From an uncultured Micavibrio sp. (lineage in GTDB: Bacteria; Pseudomonadota; Alphaproteobacteria; Micavibrionales; UBA1664), in NCBI GenBank assembly GCA_964531715.1, contig CAZHEE010000002.1, positions 97,676 through 161,675 on the forward strand: a stretch of DNA of 64,000 nucleotides, written 5' to 3'. The translations under genes were made by a program, and so were the position numbers. The notes beneath the pieces were generated by a model. That model worked only from the letters and a program-made list of their open reading frames with translations. It had not been told where the DNA came from and made no database searches. Shown piece by piece: positions 38,366-47,793 of this stretch. The number at the start of each line of letters is the position of its first letter. The stretch's first letter is position 1.

Positions 38366-39502
38366 ATGAGAGTGGAATTAGACGAGAAAGCCCGCGGTCT
38401 TCCTTCAACTATTGAAAATTATCTAGCTTATCAGCCAAGAGAGTTGCCTGTTTGTTCAGAGCGGCCTATTGAGCCCGAGATAAAACTTCTTATACCCAAA
38501 ACCTATGATGTTTTTAACGTATACAGAGATATTTATCGCCTGCATAAAACCACCAGCGGTATTGCACTTGCCGATAATCGAGTTCTTGCAAGAGAGCCAC
38601 TTATATCTTATGTGCTTGATACGCCTGACTTCGATATCATGCGTAGAACTGGTGAACAATTAAGAGTTCGCGGACCAATTAATGTCTGTAATTTTGACCA
38701 TGAAGACCCTACAGAAATTATTTGGCGTGGTCAATGCACGGTTAAAACACTCGCAAGTTCATTAAAAGATACTTTTGCAGATCGTGTTGAAATAGAAGCG
38801 GCAATTCCGTCGCGTGATATTCGGTTTGCTGTTCAACATTTTTTGCAAGAGGACGCCCCATCACTTCATCAAGTTTATTATGACTTAAATCCTGACGATT
38901 TAAGGGTTGCGGCAATTTGCGTCACAGCCCGTGCAAGTTTTAACAGCGTTTTTTATGTTCCTGAATATGATGCTTATGTTGAGTTCGAAAATACATGCGA
39001 CCCTAACTATTTTTTCAATCCTATCGGTGATGTTAGTACAGGCAAAGATATGGAGTTTGAAGCCGAGTTAAAGAAACTTTATGTTCGCCCTGAATTGGGT
39101 TTAACAGATGTAAACCTCCTTGATATTTATGAGCTTGCCAAAAAAGCTTATATTGATTTAATGTTACGAAAATTTCCTGGCTTTCAACTCTCCAAATATA
39201 GTAAAGCCGAAAGAGCGATGATTAAAACAGGCGAGTTCTATCACGCAAACAGGCAAGGCGATGGTCCGACTTCTGCCTTTGAGGAAACATCACAAGTAAT
39301 TGCCGAACTCCCCTATGGTGCTCAAATATCGGCAGGCATGCGGCACGCCATAAAAACTGATGTTACAATTTGGGACGCACTTAATAACATTGGCTTAATT
39401 GCAGAGCGTGTAAAAAAAATGGCACAACCAAGTCAGATTTTACCCGCTAATAATGCGCCTTGTGCAGCTGATAAACGTGAACATGTGCGCTTAAGAGCGT
39501 AG
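38366..39502 (+). CDS. Hypothetical protein, possibly CYTH-like (triphosphate tunnel) fold
   Basis: 378 aa. N-terminal EPEIKLLIP fits the ExExK signature, and further acidic beta-strand motifs VEIEAAI and MEFEAEL are present. Assignment is tentative. Confidence 0.35.
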   Translation: MRVELDEKARGLPSTIENYLAYQPRELPVCSERPIEPEIKLLIPKTYDVFNVYRDIYRLHKTTSGIALADNRVLAREPLISYVLDTPDFDIMRRTGEQLRVRGPINVCNFDHEDPTEIIWRGQCTVKTLASSLKDTFADRVEIEAAIPSRDIRFAVQHFLQEDAPSLHQVYYDLNPDDLRVAAICVTARASFNSVFYVPEYDAYVEFENTCDPNYFFNPIGDVSTGKDMEFEAELKKLYVRPELGLTDVNLLDIYELAKKAYIDLMLRKFPGFQLSKYSKAERAMIKTGEFYHANRQGDGPTSAFEETSQVIAELPYGAQISAGMRHAIKTDVTIWDALNNIGLIAERVKKMAQPSQILPANNAPCAADKREHVRLRA

Positions 39503-39534
39503 ACGCTCTAATAGCTTTAAGCTATAAATCTCTC

Positions 39535-40533
39535 ATGACTAAAAATCTGATCGGGATTGGAAATGCGGCTGTGGATGCCGTCGTGCATGTCCCTGATGAC
39601 GCCGCCTTAGATAATCTTAACCTTGAAAAAGGCGGATGCGTTTTTGCCAATGACGGTGATGCCATCATGGCGCGCGCTTTAACGCAATATCCTGACAGGC
39701 TGGAAACCCCCGGCGGTGCGGCGGCCAATGCGCTTGCATCCTATGCCGCACTGGGTGGACGCGCACGATTTATCGGCAAGGCGGGGCAGGATGCGCATGG
39801 CGAATTTTTCAAACAATCCATGCAGGACTTCAATATTGCCTATGACACCGCGCCGACTTTGGAAACCCAATCGACCTTCCTTTTTGCCTTTGTCACCCCT
39901 GATAAAGAGCGGACATTTCTCTCCAACCATGGGGCAAGCCATAAAATTGAGACTACAGATGTGAATGAGGCATGGTTTTCACCTGATACAAGCCTGATTA
40001 TGGATGGCTATATGCTCATGTCAGGCGGCGGCCCTGCCGCGATGTTTCAGGCCATGGACTATGCCAAAAAGCATGATAGCGAGATTATTTTCATGCCGTG
40101 CAGCCTATCCGTTATTGACCATAACCGCGCGATGATTGACGAGATTATTGACCGTTCCCACGCCATCATCTGTAACGAAGATGAGGCGAAAGCCATTGCC
40201 TGCACAGTCGATTTGGATCAGGCCTGTCAAAGGCTTTATCATGGCGGTGACTATGATTGGGGGGTTGTGACCATAGGTGCACTGGGCGCATTTTACTTTA
40301 AAGGTAATCAATCTGGCCACGTGAATATACCCTATCGCCCTGACTTTATTAACAACACAAATGGGGCTGGTGATGCGTTTTCAGGGGGGCTCATTTATGG
40401 GCTTCATCATGATATGGATATAGAGGATGCGACCACGCTCGGTCACCATTGCGCCATCCATGTGATACAGCAGGATGGCCCTCGCCCTGCAGGCTGGCTC
40501 AATCATCTTTTAACCTGCCAAAAGACGGCTTAA
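39535..40533 (+). CDS. PfkB-family sugar/nucleoside kinase
   Basis: 332 aa: GGAAANALAS, and the C-terminal ATP/anion-hole motif TNGAGDAFSGGLIYGL. Confidence 0.8.
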   Translation: MTKNLIGIGNAAVDAVVHVPDDAALDNLNLEKGGCVFANDGDAIMARALTQYPDRLETPGGAAANALASYAALGGRARFIGKAGQDAHGEFFKQSMQDFNIAYDTAPTLETQSTFLFAFVTPDKERTFLSNHGASHKIETTDVNEAWFSPDTSLIMDGYMLMSGGGPAAMFQAMDYAKKHDSEIIFMPCSLSVIDHNRAMIDEIIDRSHAIICNEDEAKAIACTVDLDQACQRLYHGGDYDWGVVTIGALGAFYFKGNQSGHVNIPYRPDFINNTNGAGDAFSGGLIYGLHHDMDIEDATTLGHHCAIHVIQQDGPRPAGWLNHLLTCQKTA

Positions 40534-40536
40534 ATT

Positions 40537-41508
40537 ATGCTTAATCCGTTTCAGGCCATGCAAAAGGCAGTGGACATCGTTAATGACAGTGAGCATATCA
40601 AAAATAAAATTGCCGCCTGTTTGTTTCAAACATCACCGTCATCCTCCGACTTGATCGGGGGATCTTCTTCCGAGGGGAATCCTTTGGTCAAGCCAAAGGA
40701 CGACGTTTACATAGCGCGATATAATCATCGCCCTGACAGACTAAAAAACAAGCTCTCACCCGATAAGCGTATAGGTGACAGCAGCCAGTTCCTCCATGCC
40801 GAGGTCGCCTGCATCTTCGCCGCTGACTTTCCGACTGAAGGCGCAAGCCTATGCATCACTGACCCGTTTTGCCCGAATTGCGCGAAAGCCATCAGCGAGG
40901 CGGGGATAGCCCATGTTTATATTGACCATAAAGGTATTGAGAAAGATTTTTTTGTCCGCAGAAGAGATGTGTTTGAGGCCTTGTCACTCAATATTTTGAG
41001 GCAAGAAGGCATTGGTGTTGCCATTCTTAATCGTAAAAAAAGAACATATCAAATAGTGCTTGAACCACAAAAAATTTCTAAAAAAGAAACAGATTTAATT
41101 ATTTTAAAACAATCAGATAATTCAATTTCATTATCTGATTTATTAAAGAAAAATAAAGCGTTTTATCCTGATAAAAATTTCGCGATTGCTTTCATCAAAG
41201 ATAGAGAAGATCAAATTTGCGCTTTTACTATATTTGAAAAATCTTATGATAGCCTTCACGATGTTAATCCATCCGACAAATACAGTGTGATGATTGACCC
41301 CGTCAACCGCCTCCTCTATCACTGCGCGCGCCATGGCTATCAAATTTTGAATCAAGAGATAGCAACAAATATCACCCCCTCGAACCGCGCAATCGTGAAT
41401 GCAATCGGTTATAATATTCACAAGATTATAAGCACTTGGCATGATACAGAGGGCAGTAACCGCAATATTTTAAACGATTTGGATATAATCTCTGTTAAAT
41501 CTTGCTAA
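40537..41508 (+). CDS. Cytidine/deoxycytidylate deaminase-like zinc-binding protein with a C-terminal extension
   Basis: 323 aa. HAEVACI ... DPFCPNCAKAI (H-A-E / PCxxC zinc motif). Residues 34-56 are encoded by a palindromic insert. Confidence 0.6.
   Translation: MLNPFQAMQKAVDIVNDSEHIKNKIAACLFQTSPSSSDLIGGSSSEGNPLVKPKDDVYIARYNHRPDRLKNKLSPDKRIGDSSQFLHAEVACIFAADFPTEGASLCITDPFCPNCAKAISEAGIAHVYIDHKGIEKDFFVRRRDVFEALSLNILRQEGIGVAILNRKKRTYQIVLEPQKISKKETDLIILKQSDNSISLSDLLKKNKAFYPDKNFAIAFIKDREDQICAFTIFEKSYDSLHDVNPSDKYSVMIDPVNRLLYHCARHGYQILNQEIATNITPSNRAIVNAIGYNIHKIISTWHDTEGSNRNILNDLDIISVKSC
40637..40705. repeat. 69-bp (23-codon) palindromic insert, family C-like, in frame in the deaminase-like gene
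   Basis: Left arm CGTCATCCTCCGACTTGATCGGGGGATC. The right arm contains a perfect 8-bp hairpin TCCTTTGG-tcaag-CCAAAGGA followed by CGACG. Encodes PSSSDLIGGSSSEGNPLVKPKDD. Confidence 0.55.
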
Positions 41509-41609
41509 ATCCCAAAGAAACCAAATTAAGCTTTTATTAACCATTTATACTGGACAGGTGATTCACGAATAATCATACTTATCCATGTGATTTACTATAT
41601 AGTTAAACA

Positions 41610-42725
41610 ATGCGGCTTAAAACATTCTACGCAAAAACCATGACAGAAGCGATGCGCCAAGTTCGTGACACTTTGGGGGAGGATGCCATCATCATTGCAA
41701 CCCGTGATGAGAATGGCGGTCGTTCTGTGCGCGTAACGGCGGCGATTGAGCAAGCCGACGATCATGATTTCGATGATCCGCATTATGATCCCCTGTTTGA
41801 GGATTTTGATGTGCCGCCACCGCAAAACATGCAATTTTCCAATGACTTGAGAGGCGCACAAGCCACACAGTCATTCAAAAATCAGGATGGCAAAACAGGT
41901 CGCACGAATGAGCAGTTAACCGATGTCATGCTCCGCCATGTTGTGCCGAATGATGTGATGGATAACATTCTGGCAACCGCCACGATGAGCGGTCTGGTAC
42001 AGCAAGAAGCCGCCCTTGCCGCCGCGCTTGACCATCTTTATGGCTTTACCCCGCTCCCCCTTAAAACGCGGAAGGCTCTTATGATTGTCGGACCGCCTGG
42101 CGCAGGGAAAACCTTGATGGTGGCGAAGCTTGCAACCAAAGCTGTAATGGATGGGCTGTCCGTTGCCGTGATTACGACCGATACGGTTCGCGCGGGCGGG
42201 GTTGAGCAACTGCACGCGTTTACAAAAATTTTAAAGACAAAGCTTTATAAGGCCAAAACCCGCGATGATTTGAACAGTCATTTGCGCGATGCGAAGGGGC
42301 ATGACCTCATTTTAATTGATACGGCCGGCACTAACCCACATGACCCTGATGACATGGCGCGCATTGCACGATTGGCAGATGCAGGCAGTATTGAGCCTAT
42401 TTTGGCAATGACGGCGGGCATTGATGCCGAGGAAGCGTCAGAAATTTCAAGGTCTTTTGCGCTTTTAGGGGTGCAACGGATGGTGTCAACACGGCTGGAT
42501 GTGGCGCGGCGCCTTGGTGGCTTGCTCGCCGCCGCACAAAAAGGCGGCATGCAATTTTGTCAGATGAGTTTCAGCCCGCGTGTCACGGATGGGCTTGATA
42601 TAATGGATGCAAATGGGCTTGCGGCTTTCTTGATTAATGCGGATAAAAAGTTAAGAAAATACTCCAATAAAGAAACCCAACCCACTGAAACAAAAACAAA
42701 AATTAATGCGGGACGTGCGAGATGA
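41610..42725 (+). CDS. flhF: Flagellar biosynthesis GTPase FlhF
   Basis: 371 aa. N-terminus MRLKTFYAKTMTEAMRQVRDTLGEDAIIIATRD, SRP-type GTPase boxes GPPGAGKT and DTAG. Confidence 0.85.
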   Translation: MRLKTFYAKTMTEAMRQVRDTLGEDAIIIATRDENGGRSVRVTAAIEQADDHDFDDPHYDPLFEDFDVPPPQNMQFSNDLRGAQATQSFKNQDGKTGRTNEQLTDVMLRHVVPNDVMDNILATATMSGLVQQEAALAAALDHLYGFTPLPLKTRKALMIVGPPGAGKTLMVAKLATKAVMDGLSVAVITTDTVRAGGVEQLHAFTKILKTKLYKAKTRDDLNSHLRDAKGHDLILIDTAGTNPHDPDDMARIARLADAGSIEPILAMTAGIDAEEASEISRSFALLGVQRMVSTRLDVARRLGGLLAAAQKGGMQFCQMSFSPRVTDGLDIMDANGLAAFLINADKKLRKYSNKETQPTETKTKINAGRAR

Positions 42726-43546
42726 ATGACCACATAAGATCAACAGCGGCGCAATCAAAAGAGCCTTTAGGCGGCTTCCCTCAAGGCAGTAATGTCATTG
42801 CGGTTGCAAGCGGCAAGGGCGGTGTCGGAAAAACATGGTTCTCTGTAACCTTGACCCACGCCCTCGCACGGCAAGGCAAGCGTGTCCTTCTTTTTGATGG
42901 TGATTTGGGGCTTGCCAATGTCGATGTTCAGCTCGGTCTGATGCCGAAACGTGATTTAAATGATGTTATCCGCGGTCGTCTAAGCCTTGATAAAGTCGTG
43001 CAACATTACGCCGATGGGGGGTTTGACATTATTGCGGGTCGCTCAGGACAGGCATCACTTTCCGCGCTCCCAAGTCAGCGGCTCGCCCTCCTCCGTGATC
43101 AGCTCCTCGATCTGGCAAAGAGTTATGATATTGTTGTGATTGATTTGGGTGCAGGCGTGGACAGAACGGTGCGCATGCTATCCGCCTCGGCAGTACGGAC
43201 ATTGCTTGTCACCACGGATGAACCGACATCCCTCACCGATGCCTATGCTTTTATCAAGCTCGGCGCGGCGGCAGGCATGTCGAAACGTGTAAGCATCGTT
43301 GCCAACCAGGCACCGAATGTTATTGAAGGCGAGAAAACCTATAAAACCCTACTAAAGGCTTGCGAAAATTTTCTGCGGCTCAACCCTGCGATGGCCGGAA
43401 TCGTTCGCCTTGACCCGCGCGTAAAAGACTCCATTCGGTCGCAAACGCCTATCCTCACCCGATCTCCCAATAGTGAGGCTTCACAGGATGTTGAGAAAAT
43501 TGCGCTTTATGTTGAAAACATCATTAAAAAGGCGGCAACGGGTTAA
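42722..43546 (+). CDS. flhG: MinD/ParA-type ATPase FlhG (FleN)
   Basis: 274 aa. Deviant Walker A SGKGGVGKT. Has a 4-nt overlap with flhF. Confidence 0.75.
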   Translation: MNDHIRSTAAQSKEPLGGFPQGSNVIAVASGKGGVGKTWFSVTLTHALARQGKRVLLFDGDLGLANVDVQLGLMPKRDLNDVIRGRLSLDKVVQHYADGGFDIIAGRSGQASLSALPSQRLALLRDQLLDLAKSYDIVVIDLGAGVDRTVRMLSASAVRTLLVTTDEPTSLTDAYAFIKLGAAAGMSKRVSIVANQAPNVIEGEKTYKTLLKACENFLRLNPAMAGIVRLDPRVKDSIRSQTPILTRSPNSEASQDVEKIALYVENIIKKAATG

Positions 43547-43570
43547 CCCTCTGTATGATAGACTTGCCAG

Positions 43571-45316
43571 ATGAGTTGGATTAATCCGTTTTCAAAATTA
43601 TCAGGCCTGTTATCCACGCCTTTATTACCTCAAAACACGTCAGCCCTCAACAATATACAAGCGATTGCAGAAAGCCTTCCCGGTAGCCTTCAAACAGATA
43701 ATAACAGGTTTCGGATTGAAGGACAGATTGCAACCATCCTTAAAAGCGGGCAAGCAATTTTCCAGACAAAACAGGGAGATATACAATTCCGCTTTGACGG
43801 TAAATTACCACAAAATATTCAAATAGGCGCAAAAGCAATTGCAAGTAATTTATCAACATCTTCTGCTAACTTATTTAGTTTAAATGTTATTTCTCAAAAT
43901 AAGAGCGTTCATCCTGCACCATCTCTTCCGCCTGCGACTGTAACAAATCTCAATACAGGTTTATCAAGCCAAAATGATGTGCAGGCCTTACAAACAGTCG
44001 GGAAACAGGCTAGCCAAGCAAATCAGACTATTCTTCATGCATCAGGTTCGCTCAAAACAGGACAGGCCTTAACGCTTACCCCCCTGCCGCAAACTCTAAA
44101 CTCGATAGGTGCGATTGCATCCCAATTTACTAAAAGCAATGCTGATACTGTTATGAACACCAAACTTAATACAGTCCCTCAAAATATACCTTCAAATTCG
44201 TTATCAGGACTCATGCCCACCATCCGTTTTTCAAATCCCGATACTGTTTCTTTTTTAGTAAGTGGTGACAGAACCATAAGGCCGATTATTCAAAATTTAG
44301 CGGTTCACAATGTTGCCCCGTCATCTACGCTTGTTTCAACTGATCGCACGATAGCGACCGCAAATACTGCCGATGCGCGTATTGCGCTGATTATTGAACC
44401 GCTTTATATCAGCCCGCCTATCAGCGCAAATGCGACAATCTCCGCCACATTAAATAAACCATCCATGCCATTATCATTGATGGATATAAAAGCGGGTCAA
44501 TTAATGACCGTTTCTACCGGCTATCAAACCGCTGACAATCAACCCATCGTTCAAATTATGAATGGTCATGGCGCGGCACAACACTTTGCGACACTCAATT
44601 ACCCAACAAAGGCTTTACCGCAAGGTACAATAATCAGTTTCACGCCGATTAGCTCAAAAAATTCAACGCCATTTTCAATGTCTGCGCCGTCATCTATACC
44701 AAGTCAATGGGATGATTTGCATGGCTTGCTTCCGCCCGCCCTCATGCAGGCTGTCTCAAATACCATGCCCGCAATTGGCGGTAATACGGCGCAATTTCCC
44801 GCTGCGGCGTTGTTGTTTTTGGCGGCGGCCAATGCAGGTGATATATCGGCATGGCTGGGTCCAAAATCATCGCAAGCTCTGCGCGATACTCATCAAGGCA
44901 AAAGCCAGCCAAACATGCAAAAACTGCTGTCCGATTTACTTGGCAATGCCAAAGGGCGCACACCTGACAGGCTCGACCCGCCTCAAGTGCAAGGACAAGA
45001 TTGGCGAGGATATCAGCTCCCGCATCTACACGGTCAGGATTTGCACCTCGCAACCTTATGGGTACAACGGGAACATATAGACCATAATTCAGCTTCTGAA
45101 ACTCACAAAACACAACGATTTTTTGTTGATTTGCATTTAACCCGTATGGGGCAGGTTCAGTTAGATGGCATGATAAATGTTGAGAAACAATCATTCAATC
45201 TGGCTATTCAAACCGATAAGCCTTTAAGTGACGAACTAATCTCAAAATTACAGGCACATTATGCAAGGCTTCTTGAAGGTCTTGGATATCATGGAAATTT
45301 GCGTTTTAAGCAGTGA
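43571..45316 (+). CDS. Ser/Thr/Gln/Pro-rich protein, possibly a FliK-like hook-length control protein
   Basis: 581 aa, low complexity. The C-terminal block RFFVDLHLTRMGQVQLDGMINVEKQSFNLAIQ resembles the FliK C-domain pattern. Located after flhF-flhG. Confidence 0.35.
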   Translation: MSWINPFSKLSGLLSTPLLPQNTSALNNIQAIAESLPGSLQTDNNRFRIEGQIATILKSGQAIFQTKQGDIQFRFDGKLPQNIQIGAKAIASNLSTSSANLFSLNVISQNKSVHPAPSLPPATVTNLNTGLSSQNDVQALQTVGKQASQANQTILHASGSLKTGQALTLTPLPQTLNSIGAIASQFTKSNADTVMNTKLNTVPQNIPSNSLSGLMPTIRFSNPDTVSFLVSGDRTIRPIIQNLAVHNVAPSSTLVSTDRTIATANTADARIALIIEPLYISPPISANATISATLNKPSMPLSLMDIKAGQLMTVSTGYQTADNQPIVQIMNGHGAAQHFATLNYPTKALPQGTIISFTPISSKNSTPFSMSAPSSIPSQWDDLHGLLPPALMQAVSNTMPAIGGNTAQFPAAALLFLAAANAGDISAWLGPKSSQALRDTHQGKSQPNMQKLLSDLLGNAKGRTPDRLDPPQVQGQDWRGYQLPHLHGQDLHLATLWVQREHIDHNSASETHKTQRFFVDLHLTRMGQVQLDGMINVEKQSFNLAIQTDKPLSDELISKLQAHYARLLEGLGYHGNLRFKQ

Positions 45317-45369
45317 AATTTAAGCCTTGCATTCATCACCTTAAAGCATTAAATATTTGGTTGAATTAA

Positions 45370-45444
45370 GGGTTGTTAGCTCAGGGGTAGAGCACTTGCT
45401 CGACACGCAAGGGGTCACTGGTTCAATCCCAGTACAACCCACCA
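45370..45444 (+). tRNA. tRNA-Val (anticodon GAC); position 33 reads C
   Basis: 75 nt. Acceptor GGGTTGT/ACAACCC, anticodon stem CTTGC/GCAAG, loop TCGACAC, T loop TTCAATC, encoded CCA. Confidence 0.85.
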
Positions 45445-45448
45445 TTTT
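45430..45448 (+). repeat. attL: 19-bp direct repeat CAGTACAACCCACCATTTT (3' end of tRNA-Val)
   Basis: Identical 19-mer recurs at 55129..55147. Confidence 0.85.
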
Positions 45449-45612
45449 CACTTTTCACACCATCTCACAAAGCCCTATATTTAGCCTAAAAACCTTGATT
45501 TTATTATATTCTTATTATATCATAATTTCATAACGTTTCGCGATGCGTCACTACAACACGCCCATTTTAAGGGTATAGTTTAGGGGCATCCTGAAAACAT
45601 TGGGGGTATCGT

Positions 45613-46848
45613 ATGAAATTAACGAACATAGAGTGTAAGAATGCGCCGCTTAAAAACAAGCCTTATAAGCTTGCTGATGGTGGTGGACTGTATCTTTTAA
45701 TCAATCCAAACGGATCAAAACTATGGCGTTTGAAGTATTATTTTCTTCAAAAAGAGAAAACTTTCGCCATAGGGCAATACCCCATTATAACCTTGAAAGA
45801 AGCTAGAGAAGCCCGTGAAGATGCGAAAAGGCTTATTACCAAGGGCACTGATCCCTCAAAGAATAAACAGGAAAACAAAACAGCCGCAATCAGAAACGTT
45901 GAAAATACATTTAAGGCCGTTGCATTAGAATGGCACGAAACCAAGAAAAGCGGCTGGTCGGATAATTATGCCCGTAAAATGATGCAGGGATTGGAAAAGA
46001 ACCTGTTCCCCTTCATTGGCAATCGCCCTATCAAAGACATTACACCGCCTGAATTACTAGACGTACTGCGAAAGATTGAAGGGCGCGGATCGTTGGACAT
46101 TGCGGGACGCACAAAGCAGATATGCGGACAGGTATTCCGTTATGGCATCCAAACGGGCAAATGTGAATGGGATATTGCCTTAAACCTAACAGGAGCATTA
46201 AAGACGCATAAGAAAGAGCATTTCCGTACATTAGAGACTAATCAACTGCCGGACTTCCTGCGTGCCTTGGAACGGAATGAAGCGCGGATATTTGAACGCA
46301 CACGCCGCGCCGTTTATTTATCCCTCTATACATTTTGCCGCCCAAAAGAAATTCGCATGGCACGATGGCAAGATATCGACTTTGATAACGCTCAATGGTC
46401 AATCCCTGCGGAGATCATGAAGATGAAAAAACCGCACCTTGTGCCACTATCTAAACAGGCATTGGATGTTTTACACGCCCAACGTGAAGAATTAGAGGGC
46501 GTTAAGACAGAATGGGTATTTCCTTCACAGGTGCGATTGCGTAACCCTATGAGTGATGGCACGGTCAATAAAGCGATTAAACGCCTTGGATTCGGTCAAG
46601 ATATGGTTGCCCATGGTTTTAGAGCCTTGGCACGCACTGTGATTGCAGAAAAAATAAAATACTCTGCCGAAGTTATTGAAAAACAGCTTGCCCATAAAAC
46701 AAATAATCCTCTTGGCGAAGCGTATGACAGAACACAGTTTATCGAAGAGCGTACAAAGATGATACAACATTGGGCAGATTATGTCGATGCTGTAGCACAA
46801 GAAAATAAAGTTATTCCTGTCAATTTTGGAAAATTGCTTAATGAATAA
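45613..46848 (+). CDS. int: Tyrosine integrase, P4-like (N-terminal DUF4102-type arm-binding domain)
   Basis: 411 aa: KLADGGGLYLLINPNGSKLWRLKY, and catalytic region HGFRALARTV...LAHKTNNPLGEAYDR. Confidence 0.9.
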   Translation: MKLTNIECKNAPLKNKPYKLADGGGLYLLINPNGSKLWRLKYYFLQKEKTFAIGQYPIITLKEAREAREDAKRLITKGTDPSKNKQENKTAAIRNVENTFKAVALEWHETKKSGWSDNYARKMMQGLEKNLFPFIGNRPIKDITPPELLDVLRKIEGRGSLDIAGRTKQICGQVFRYGIQTGKCEWDIALNLTGALKTHKKEHFRTLETNQLPDFLRALERNEARIFERTRRAVYLSLYTFCRPKEIRMARWQDIDFDNAQWSIPAEIMKMKKPHLVPLSKQALDVLHAQREELEGVKTEWVFPSQVRLRNPMSDGTVNKAIKRLGFGQDMVAHGFRALARTVIAEKIKYSAEVIEKQLAHKTNNPLGEAYDRTQFIEERTKMIQHWADYVDAVAQENKVIPVNFGKLLNE

Positions 46849-47473
46849 AGATTACCTAGACGCAAGAAATATTGAAGACATTATCGCCGAGAGAGATTTC
46901 CTAGAAGAACAGCATAAGCTTTGTAAAAATTCTGAAAAATTCAAATTACATTTTGTTTTTGAAGCCTTGCGGATAGTTTTAAGTGAAGCGGAAGAATCGA
47001 GTTTTCCTAATGTGGATCTCGATTGGATTTGGGAAAGTTTATATACACAGCTTTTTAAAAAGGCTAACAAGTCGCAAGAAAATTATATTTTAGGCATGTT
47101 TATTTTTGCACTTACGAAAAATGGAAGCCCCGCATTACCAGCTATTCAGGCTGTTGCGGATTGGACACATAAAGCTGAAACAACTTGCAGAAGTTCGTTT
47201 TATGAAATAAAGAAACTGTCGAATATTGAAGAAGTAGGCTTCTGGTTTACTACAAAAACGCTATGCAAAACTGATTTTTGTATTTTGTTTGAAAACCAAA
47301 CAAGAATATTTTCATCCAAGAATAAAAAAACACAGCAAGCCTTCGAAAAACTTAAACAATTATCCCAATCTAAAGATAGTCAAAATCTCTTATCTACTGG
47401 CATAAACACAACAAAATCACAATTTTTATCAAACGAGAAGATACGAGAACATATCAAAAATCGGTCAAAATAA
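46841..47473 (+). CDS. Hypothetical island protein
   Basis: ATG at 46841 overlaps the int stop by 8 nt. About 210 aa with no recognisable motif. Confidence 0.4.
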   Translation: MNKDYLDARNIEDIIAERDFLEEQHKLCKNSEKFKLHFVFEALRIVLSEAEESSFPNVDLDWIWESLYTQLFKKANKSQENYILGMFIFALTKNGSPALPAIQAVADWTHKAETTCRSSFYEIKKLSNIEEVGFWFTTKTLCKTDFCILFENQTRIFSSKNKKTQQAFEKLKQLSQSKDSQNLLSTGINTTKSQFLSNEKIREHIKNRSK

Positions 47474-47562
47474 ACCTGACTAGTCAAAAAATTTTTGCGT
47501 AGTTTTCAGTTTTTCGCGCACATGTTCTTATGATTTCAGACAATCTAAGAAAGGAACATACC

Positions 47563-47793
47563 ATGTCTGAATTTAACACCACACAACTGCCAGAAACAGG
47601 CTATTTACGGCAATCACAACTCATACCGCATATTATACCATTCTCAGCAGCAACGCTATGGCGCGAGGTTAAGGCTGGACGTTTTCCTGCCCCGGTAAAG
47701 CTATCTTCACGCATTACCGCTTGGCGTGTTGAAGGCATTCGCGAATGGATGGGAAACCCGTTAAAATTTTGGGATCTTCAAAGTGCCTATTGA
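47563..47793 (+). CDS. alpA: AlpA-family (MerR-like HTH) phage/island regulatory protein
   Basis: 76 aa: GYLRQSQLIPHIIPFSAATLWREVKAGRFPAPVKLSSRITAWRVEGIREW. RBS AAGGAA upstream of the ATG at 47563. Confidence 0.75.
   Translation: MSEFNTTQLPETGYLRQSQLIPHIIPFSAATLWREVKAGRFPAPVKLSSRITAWRVEGIREWMGNPLKFWDLQSAY

Noticed and set aside
41509-41609. Looked for sigma-54 (GG-N10-GC) or sigma-28 promoters upstream of flhF, flhB and the 29917 ORF, and for CtrA boxes (TTAA-N7-TTAA).
   Set aside because: Only partial matches were found, for example TGGACAGGTGATTCAC, and TTAA-N8-TTAA near 29790. The spacing or core bases are wrong, so nothing is reported.
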